DNA of 20,000 bases from an uncultured virus (IMG/VR IMGVR_UViG_3300020046_010987) (taxonomy: Duplodnaviria > Heunggongvirae > Uroviricota > Caudoviricetes). The notes beneath the pieces were generated by a model, which saw only the letters and a list, made by a program, of their open reading frames with translations, searched no databases and had not been told where the DNA came from. Where the stretch lies: the IMG/VR virus record IMGVR_UViG_3300020046_010987; one strand, written 5' to 3'. This document shows, piece by piece, positions 14,601 through 20,000 of this stretch. Made by a program: the position numbers and the translations under genes. Within the stretch, counting starts at the first letter, position 1, and the number at the start of each line of letters is the position of its first letter.

Positions 14601-16261
14601 AGCCGCGCAACCTCACGCTCCATGCTGTGTCCAGCGCGGGGCGCCTGGGCCTGAATGAACGGCACTTCGCGCTCGAGCAGCGGTAGCGCCTGCGTCTGGA
14701 ACTTGCTGCCCATGATGGCACGGTTCATCTGCATCCCATCAAGGAACGGGACGAGCGCCGTCGCGGGCGAGAACTGGTGCGTGTGATCGGCGAGGACGTA
14801 GTCGACCTTCTTGCGGTCGAGCGACACTGCGTTCGAGCCTTTGAGCGCGTCCATCTTCGCGCTCGACTCGCCCTGTCCTGCAAAGCCGACAGAGCTCCGT
14901 GCGAGCGTCGTCACACGCACCGGCGCGTGCTTGCCCGTGCGGGTGTCCTTCATGTGTGCGTAGAGNNNNNNNNNNNNNNNNNNNNNNNNNNNNNNNNNNN
15001 NNNNNNNNNNNNNNNNNNNNNNNNNNNNNNNNNNNNNNNNNNNNNNNNNNNNNNNNNNNNNNNNNNNNNNNNNNNNNNNNNNNNNNNNNNNNNNNNNNNN
15101 NNNNNNNNNNNNNNNNNNNNNNNNNNNNNNNNNNNNNNNNNNNNNNNNNNNNNNNNNNNNNNNNNNNNNNNNNNNNNNNNNNNNNNNNNNNNNNNNNNNN
15201 NNNNNNNNNNNNNNNNNNNNNNNNNNNNNNNNNNNNNNNNNNNNNNNNNNNNNNNNNNNNNNNNNNNNNNNNNNNNNNNNNNNNNNNNNNNNNNNNNNNN
15301 NNNNNNNNNNNNNNNNNTTCGCGTCTTTCTCGAGGCGCTCCTTGAAGAAGTCCTCGACGCTGTGGATGGTCTTGAACTCGAGCGAGTCGCGGTCATCTTC
15401 CTCCGCCTCACCGCGATGCACCTCGAGCAGCTTCTGCGAGGCGCGCAACAGCGCGTCCGGAGTCACGCGATCGTAGCCCTTGCCCAGCGTCCGCTCGGTC
15501 ACCTGCGTGCTCATGCGCGTGCCGTCGAAGTAGTTCTGCACGAACGCGCGCTTGCCCTCGAGCGTCGACGGCATCGCGTCCTTCGGCTTGCGGAAGCGTG
15601 CGACGAGCTTGTTGAGCACCGCCTCTTCCTTGCCTGCGCTCTTCTTGTTCGCGTCGAGGAGATCTGCGCCCCAGTGCTGCCGCACGGTCGTGTCCTGCAC
15701 TCCGAGCGCGCGCAGAAGGGGGTATAGCGGCGCGGTCGTCGTAGCGAACTCCGCACTCATCTTGCCGGTCTCGGGGTCCATCGACAGTCGGAAGTTCTCG
15801 CCCTTGCTCAGGTTGAACGCAGCCTCGTACTCGCCGTTGCCGCGCTCGCGGGTGTAGACGCCGGGCTTGAGCCGGAGCTGGTTCGGTACCTCGTACTCGT
15901 TGCCCCCGACGATCATCGTGTGGCGCTCGGTGAAGTACGGCAGGTGCGCGAGGATGTGCTTGTCCTTCGTGTCGACGACTGCGCCCGCCTTGTCCTTGAG
16001 CACCAGACGACCGACGATGGGCTCGGACAGCGTGCGGCCTTCGAGGATCGCACGCTTCTGTTCGTTGCTCGAATACGTCGTGGGCTTCACCGCCGCCGAG
16101 ATCAGGTGCAGGTCGTGCGACCGCCCCAAGATCGGAAACAGGCTCTGCAGCCCCTCGAGCGTCTTCTCGCGCAGAAGCTCTCGCTTCTCACGGGCACTGA
16201 TAACGACAGGGCGCAGGCCAGCAGGAGTGGCGGAGACAGGAGGGGTACGGTCCGAGGCCAT
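11681..16261 (-). CDS. rpoB: DNA-directed RNA polymerase: beta subunit apparently fused to the N-terminal (catalytic) half of beta'
   Basis: Beta motifs: LPYFTERHTMIVGGNEY..NQLRLKPGVY, RAIMGSKFQTQALPL, GKNLSVAY, GDKLANRFGGKGVV, QPTKGG...LGKME. Beta' motifs: PVIPPIMRP, SDANYLYR, DLSGRA, VNRAPSLHK, NLDFDGDAMQLHVP, PQHEAIIGAY. The likely start is ATG 16261. The frame is preserved across both N-gaps, but the junction lies inside a gap. Confidence 0.9.
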   Translation of the reverse strand: MASDRTPPVSATPAGLRPVVISAREKRELLREKTLEGLQSLFPILGRSHDLHLISAAVKPTTYSSNEQKRAILEGRTLSEPIVGRLVLKDKAGAVVDTKDKHILAHLPYFTERHTMIVGGNEYEVPNQLRLKPGVYTRERGNGEYEAAFNLSKGENFRLSMDPETGKMSAEFATTTAPLYPLLRALGVQDTTVRQHWGADLLDANKKSAGKEEAVLNKLVARFRKPKDAMPSTLEGKRAFVQNYFDGTRMSTQVTERTLGKGYDRVTPDALLRASQKLLEVHRGEAEEDDRDSLEFKTIHSVEDFFKERLEKDAXXXXXXXXXXXXXXXXXXXXXXXXXXXXXXXXXXXXXXXXXXXXXXXXXXXXXXXXXXXXXXXXXXXXXXXXXXXXXXXXXXXXXXXXXXXXXXXXXXXXXXXXXXXXXXXXXXXXXXLYAHMKDTRTGKHAPVRVTTLARSSVGFAGQGESSAKMDALKGSNAVSLDRKKVDYVLADHTHQFSPATALVPFLDGMQMNRAIMGSKFQTQALPLLEREVPFIQAQAPRAGHSMEREVARLTVPTSSVHGTVEKIDADYIYIRPHAEKHAAVSDDLIEAPARETTPEETLWAKQAAYEDYDLDEEDGLDDLAITPPEHLSDAKIASSDTGLIKLPYDTHFPLAAKTYLHNDVTAKVGDTVTPGQTLAESNFTRNGTMALGKNLSVAYLAYYGKNSNDAVVISEAAAKKLTSEHMYKEVLRKGPDTLQGKAKYMAYFGMRFTKAQLDKLDDNGVAKPGAHFSPGDPIVLALEKATPSPEAAMLGHLHKSLVKPYRDAAVMWEHHTDGEAIDAVNAARQVVVTVRTHEAMKIGDKLANRFGGKGVVSEIIPQHKMVQDEAGKPIDVLFTSAGIISRINPAQVVEGALGKVVEKTGKPLVIPQFQDHSNVEYAKKLLKEHGISDKETVYDPVSGRSIPKVFVGRSYILKLFKSGETNYAARGVTSYDVNLQPTKGGDEGAKGLGKMEINTLLAHNARNVLKDVLTVKSEKSDEYWRALEFGLPPPAPKTPFVTQKFNXXXXXXXXXXXXXXXXXXXXXXXXXXXXXXXXXXXXXXXXXXXXXXXXXXXXXXXXXXXXXXXXXXXXXXXXXXXXXXXXXXXXXXXXXXXXXXXXXXXXXXXXXXXXXXXXXXXXXXXXXXXXXXXXXXXXXXXXXXRASALDDVVKQLKYVRALKSHGVKAGDAYFPTLVPVIPPIMRPILPSQRSGELQISDANYLYRDVALAAAGLKAAKETELPELIGSARKHLYDAHAALAGTREPTSPQLQGRGVKGFVTQVTGAGSPKSGFLFKKILKRQQDLSGRATATPDNTLDMDQIGVPEDMLWKTYDKFVMKGLIGQGYAATRAQEMVQERHPAAKVVFDRELKERPVFVNRAPSLHKHNFVAAFPVAVSGTSFRVNPFIEKGMNLDFDGDAMQLHVPVSPKAVEEAKNLTLSKLLFTDKARGDLIIFPQHEAIIGAYLATSGAAKGASKKFKDKAAAMAAYKRGEITLETPIEIG
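12707..13118. other. Run of N (412 nt) covering the beta/beta' junction
   Basis: Seen directly; the flanks are in the same reading frame. Confidence 0.98.
14966..15317. other. Run of N (352 nt) covering the expected rifampicin-pocket/fork-loop region of beta
   Basis: Seen directly; the flanks are in frame. The hidden region is inferred from collinearity with bacterial beta. Confidence 0.95.
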
Positions 16262-16275
16262 GGCCCAGTCTACCC
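16262..16275 (-). promoter_or_regulatory. Candidate -10 element for a leaderless RNAP transcript
   Basis: GGG-TAGACT-GGGCC-ATG; TANNNT lies 5 nt before the start codon. Confidence 0.45.
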
Positions 16276-16316
16276 TCTCATACCCCCTGAAAACAAGGCG
16301 ATTGCCGCGTCCGAAA

Positions 16317-16352
16317 AACGGCACTTCGCAGGGTAAAAGAGAGCGTACTCCC
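16317..16352 (+). promoter_or_regulatory. Conserved upstream motif, copy 2 (AACGGCA-N6-AGGGTAAAAGA-N5-TAC-N-CCC)
   Basis: Matches the element at 10971-11004. Confidence 0.55.
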
Positions 16353-16377
16353 CAATCAAGATACCAGGAGACCCAGC

Positions 16378-16950
16378 ATGAGCATTCCTGCAACCTACGA
16401 CTCTCTGACCTTCGCACGTCGCTGCGTCGCGGCATTCTTCCTCGGACAGGAAGAGCGCCTCCGCGTCGAGCTCAGCTACGCCGGAGTCCAGGTGACCGTC
16501 GAGGCCCTGCGTGCACACGGCGAGCTCTGGAGCAGCGCGTTCCGACAGGACGACCTGTCGAAGCACGATTGCTTCGTCTGCGGCAGCGAACGGCCCCCGG
16601 GCACCCTCTGTGGGTGCTTCCGCGAGGTCATGCCGACGCGGTACTTCAACGTGAACGATCCGATGATCCTCGGACAGCTCGAGGCCGCGACCGTCGTCGA
16701 GACGTACGTGTGCACGTGCTGCGGAGGCCTCGAGTGCGTCACCGCCGGACAGGCGCTGCGCAGTCACATGCGCACGAAGAGCTACGTGCCGCGCAAGCTG
16801 TGCGAGCCGTGTTTCCGGGACTCGAAGCCGCGTAAGCGGATGCGGCCTCGCAAGCAGCACGGCGCAGCGCACCCGCCGCGCACCCACCTCAAAGAAGAGC
16901 TCGAGGCACGCCTCGCGGCGCCGCCCATCGCGACCCCCATCACGGGGTGA
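16378..16950 (+). CDS. Cys-rich zinc-ribbon protein
   Basis: AGGAG Shine-Dalgarno. Contains CFVC...CGC and YVCTCCG...TAGQ...PRKLCEPC (zf-trcl-like spacing) and a basic tail. Confidence 0.8.
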   Translation: MSIPATYDSLTFARRCVAAFFLGQEERLRVELSYAGVQVTVEALRAHGELWSSAFRQDDLSKHDCFVCGSERPPGTLCGCFREVMPTRYFNVNDPMILGQLEAATVVETYVCTCCGGLECVTAGQALRSHMRTKSYVPRKLCEPCFRDSKPRKRMRPRKQHGAAHPPRTHLKEELEARLAAPPIATPITG

Positions 16951-17021
16951 GCGATGTCTGTCCACCAAAAACCAGGAGACGAGCACGTGGATATCGACAC
17001 GATCCCGCTCGGCTAATACGA

Positions 17022-17037
17022 CACGCGCATGCGCGTG
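17022..17037. repeat. Perfect 16-bp palindrome CACGCGCATGCGCGTG
   Basis: Self-complementary; lies between convergent genes. Confidence 0.85.
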
Positions 17038-17082
17038 CGGATAGCCGATGCCGGGGTCGTGAGACATCGAGCGCCCTCGGCT

Positions 17083-17790
17083 TTAGCTCGGAGGGGTCTT
17101 GGGCGTTTTCGCCGGTTCGTCGATGACTTCGGCGTCCGGGTCGGGGGTCCCCGTCGGCGCGTCGGGATCGGGTGCATCCCAGTCCTCTTCGTCCGCGCCT
17201 GCGCTTCGATCTTCTTCTGCCTCTTCCTCGAGCTCCTCCGGCGCATCTTCGGGAGGGAAGGCGCTGACGGCTTCCGGGTCCGACGGGAGGGGGTCCTGCG
17301 ACTTCTGGGGCTTCTGCGCCCCCTCGAACTCCGGCGTGTGCACGTGCGGGGACTTGAGCTCGCTCAGCGTCATGTACCCCCGCTCGGCGGGCGTCGTGGC
17401 AACGGGCGTCTTGTACACGCCCCACTCCATCCAGATGCATACGGACCCGGACTGTCCGATGCTTTCGAGGCGCTTGAGGATCATGGCTTTGCCTTGCAAG
17501 CACAGATCCATGACCTCCTTGAGCTCCGGAGTCTCGTCGACGGGCTCGTAGATCTTTTGGTTCTCGTCGATGGCGACGAGCTCGCGTCCGATGAAGAAGC
17601 GGCGCGCGTAGTAGTCGAGCTGGATGCGGGGAGACCCGGGGATGGTGCCGGGCGCGGGCGACGTGTCGACCAACGTGTCGGGGATCTCAGGCTTCACGGA
17701 GGTCGCGAAGAGATCGAACGGGTCTGCGGGCGCGGCGCCAGGGGCCCCCGCAGGGACCTTCTGCGCGTCTTCGATGGCTTTGCTGAACAT
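17083..17790 (-). CDS. Hypothetical protein with an acidic, Pro-rich C-terminal tail
   Basis: 235-aa ORF directly after the portal gene, with GAGG upstream and GC3-rich codons. Confidence 0.8.
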   Translation of the reverse strand: MFSKAIEDAQKVPAGAPGAAPADPFDLFATSVKPEIPDTLVDTSPAPGTIPGSPRIQLDYYARRFFIGRELVAIDENQKIYEPVDETPELKEVMDLCLQGKAMILKRLESIGQSGSVCIWMEWGVYKTPVATTPAERGYMTLSELKSPHVHTPEFEGAQKPQKSQDPLPSDPEAVSAFPPEDAPEELEEEAEEDRSAGADEEDWDAPDPDAPTGTPDPDAEVIDEPAKTPKTPPS

Positions 17791-17821
17791 GGCCTGCCTC
17801 TAGAGGAATACGGGGAACGGA

Positions 17822-19552
17822 TCAGATAGGCGCGCCACCTGCGCGCGCCTGTGTGACCGCCTGGTGTTTCATGGACTGCGCGTTGGCTTCCATACGGTCC
17901 TTCACAACCGCGTACATCACGGGGTCGGTCTGGGACAGCTGGTCCATCTGGGACTGCCGAGTACCCGGGTCCATCTGCGTGAACTGCTGCACGTACTGGT
18001 CGGCTTGCTGGATGACCGCAGTCGGGTTGTACCCGAGTCCCGCGCCCATCTGCGCGCTCTGCTCGGCCTGCGCGCTCGCGCTGGTCTGCAGCCGCTGCAT
18101 CTTCTGCTGAAGATCGGCGTCGCTCTTCGCCTGTGCGAGAGCCTCCTCTTCCTTCTTCTTGCGCTCATCGTCGAGGTCGAGATCCGAGTAGCCCTCCATG
18201 AGTCGGCTGTTCGAGATCGCGCCGCCCGTCACCTGCTGGAGGTTCAGGAGCGCCATCTTCTGCTCGGTGTCGTCGACGAGCTTGAAGGGCACGAAGCGCG
18301 CCTTCACCTTCGGCATCTCGAGGAACACGGAGAGCTGCCGGATGATCCACGCCAGCTGGTCGTTGAGCTGCTTGGCGTCACTCTCGAGCTGGTTCTCGAG
18401 CATGCGCAGGGTGATGGCGCTGCCCGTCACCGTGAGCCCTCCGTAGAGGAACTCGCGGGGTACGCCGAGCGCCGCGATGATCGCGTCTTCGGCGTCCTTC
18501 ACTTCGCCGAGCGTGAGCAGCGAGCGGCCCTGCCCGCCCATCATCGTCACGCCAAGCGCCGCGGGCGCGAACATGATGTGCAGGGGGTCACGGCGCCACT
18601 GCTTGATGTTGGACTCGAGCTGCGCCTGCCAGTTCGCCATGTTCAGGCGCTCCGCCGGGTCCGCGTTGCCTGAGATCGGCGCGGGGTGCAGCACGCGGAA
18701 TGGCACGATGTGGTCGAGCGCGATCGCTTCGTTCGCCTTGCGGAGCACTGCAGCATAGAAGAAGAGCTTGATGGTCGACACGAGGGGCGGCAGACCCCAC
18801 TGCGCGTCGATGCCCGCCGGCGCCGGCATCTTCATGTGGAAGATCTGATCTGGCGAGAACTTGAAGGTCTTCTTCGCTTGAATCGCCTTCAGGAACTCGA
18901 GCGGAATCGTGGCCATCAGGTGGGGGTCGCCCTTTTCCACCTTGGTCCGGATGTCCGACGGAATCGTGTAGTAGTACTCGCTACGCCCCGTGATCGGGTT
19001 GTAGTTGATGTCGATGAGCGCAGGGGCCCAGCGGATGAGCGAGATCTTCGTGCGGTCGACGCTCTTCAGGTCGCGGATGTCGCCGACGGTCGCTCGCTTA
19101 CACGCCGCGCACGTGTATTTGAACTTCATCGTCTTGAGCTGGAACGTGTACTTGACGTGCGTGATGCCCGTCAGCTTCTTGCAGTCCTGGTGATTGCAGC
19201 ACAGCGTGCGTACGAACGGCTTGTAGATCGATGTGAACGAGTTGCCATACAGCCGTCGGTCGAGGTTCGTCAGAATCGCATGGTTGCGCACGTCGAGGGT
19301 GTCGGTGAGGAGGTCCTCCCAGACGTCCTTTCGCGCTGCGCCTTCCGCCGCGACCTTCACCTCGGTCACCGGGTATGCGCTCAACTTCTGGAGCGCCGCG
19401 AAGATCGCGGGGGCGTTCGCGTAGAGGTACTCGCTCCAGCGAAACAAGTCCTTGATCTTCCGCGGCGCGAAGCCCGACAGGAAGTCGTACGTGGGGTTCG
19501 GGTGCGCCGCCCCGTGCCGTGCGTAATCGCCGATGCTGAAATCCGAGGACAT
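17822..19552 (-). CDS. Phage portal-like protein with a Cys4 insertion and a Gln-rich C-terminal extension
   Basis: Portal-type sequence order: IFAALQKLSAYPV, LDRRLYGNSF, DQIFHMK...WGLPPL, IIAALGVPREFLYG, followed by a helical region. Confidence 0.75.
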   Translation of the reverse strand: MSSDFSIGDYARHGAAHPNPTYDFLSGFAPRKIKDLFRWSEYLYANAPAIFAALQKLSAYPVTEVKVAAEGAARKDVWEDLLTDTLDVRNHAILTNLDRRLYGNSFTSIYKPFVRTLCCNHQDCKKLTGITHVKYTFQLKTMKFKYTCAACKRATVGDIRDLKSVDRTKISLIRWAPALIDINYNPITGRSEYYYTIPSDIRTKVEKGDPHLMATIPLEFLKAIQAKKTFKFSPDQIFHMKMPAPAGIDAQWGLPPLVSTIKLFFYAAVLRKANEAIALDHIVPFRVLHPAPISGNADPAERLNMANWQAQLESNIKQWRRDPLHIMFAPAALGVTMMGGQGRSLLTLGEVKDAEDAIIAALGVPREFLYGGLTVTGSAITLRMLENQLESDAKQLNDQLAWIIRQLSVFLEMPKVKARFVPFKLVDDTEQKMALLNLQQVTGGAISNSRLMEGYSDLDLDDERKKKEEEALAQAKSDADLQQKMQRLQTSASAQAEQSAQMGAGLGYNPTAVIQQADQYVQQFTQMDPGTRQSQMDQLSQTDPVMYAVVKDRMEANAQSMKHQAVTQARAGGAPI

Positions 19553-19567
19553 GGCGGCAGACTAGCA
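19553..19567 (-). promoter_or_regulatory. Extended -10 candidate for a leaderless portal transcript
   Basis: TGC-TAGTCT-GCCGCC-ATG with no Shine-Dalgarno. Confidence 0.45.
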
Positions 19568-19656
19568 CACGTACCGCGGAAAAGTCTCCCCCAGACTGCC
19601 GCCAGGAAGTTACACTCTCTCGACCGTTTCCGTTCCCGTTCCCGGAAAGAACCCTG

Positions 19657-20000
19657 ATGTCCGCGGTCCTCCATACCACCCAACTGAACCACACCTCCGT
19701 GTTCTATCTCGAGGGGCTGATTCCTCCGCGCGTCACTGAGGTCTACGGCGCCACCTTCATCAAGGGCCACGGTCGGTGGTTCTTCCCTGCGTTCGCACCG
19801 GTGCACGACAAGGTCGTCTCCGACCTCAAGAAGGTCGTGAAGGGGCTCACGGCGAGCCCCGCCGCGCTTGCGCTGCTCCAGGAGCTCCGGCACCCTCCGA
19901 AGCTCCCCGAGGGCTTCACGTTCATCACAGAGCCCTTCGCCCACCAGCGCGCCGGCCTCGAGTGGCTGCTCAAGCACCCTCGCGCAGGCCTCTTCTATGA
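19657..20000 (+). CDS. Second SNF2-like helicase, N-terminal part (runs off the right end)
   Basis: Hand translation from ATG 19657: MSAVLHTTQL...WFFPA...EPFAHQRAGLEWLLKHPRAGLFY. This is a Q-motif followed by the lead-in to Walker A, typical of phage SNF2 proteins. Confidence 0.7.
   Translation, partial: MSAVLHTTQLNHTSVFYLEGLIPPRVTEVYGATFIKGHGRWFFPAFAPVHDKVVSDLKKVVKGLTASPAALALLQELRHPPKLPEGFTFITEPFAHQRAGLEWLLKHPRAGLFY

Noticed and set aside
12644..15727. Plus-strand ORFs of 680 and 316 aa over the RNAP gene
   Set aside because: Antisense shadows, lengthened by the N-runs.
4466..16261. Cellular rpoBC operon
   Set aside because: There are no ribosomal-protein or nusG neighbours, the motifs are too divergent, and portal and HNH genes are adjacent.
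16262..16435. 58-aa N-terminal extension of the RNAP ORF
   Set aside because: It overlaps the divergent gene and its upstream motif and has atypical composition; ATG 16261 fits better.
19624..19643. CCGTTT/CCGTTC short tandem as iterons or an origin
   Set aside because: Only about three 6-mers and no AT-rich unwinding element; not enough support.

Overview
This is a high-GC, gene-dense window that looks like part of a large tailed-phage (jumbo-phage-like) genome. Most genes are on the minus strand and the code is standard. It encodes a portal-like protein and a cell-like multisubunit RNA polymerase in an unusual layout: an apparent beta + beta'-N-half polypeptide (11681-16261) and a separate beta'-C-half gene (4466-6262). 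Between the two RNAP genes lie a poxvirus D6/D11-like SF2 helicase, a tandem-domain HNH endonuclease and a short class-I peptide release factor. The ORF track mis-starts the release factor. Its real N-terminus begins at ATG 6930 in another frame and joins the GGQ-containing frame through a prfB-type +1 frameshift site, CTT-TGA-C (6828-6822). Several Ala/Gly-rich, probably virion-associated proteins carry many K-x-A motifs, and an acidic insert in the RNAP beta part holds three more. Two candidate promoter classes are visible: leaderless TANNNT elements, and AGGGTAAAAGA before plus-strand genes. Two N-runs inside the RNAP gene hide the beta/beta' junction, so the fusion is inferred and not seen directly. 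All homology calls come from recognising motifs by eye; no searches were run.
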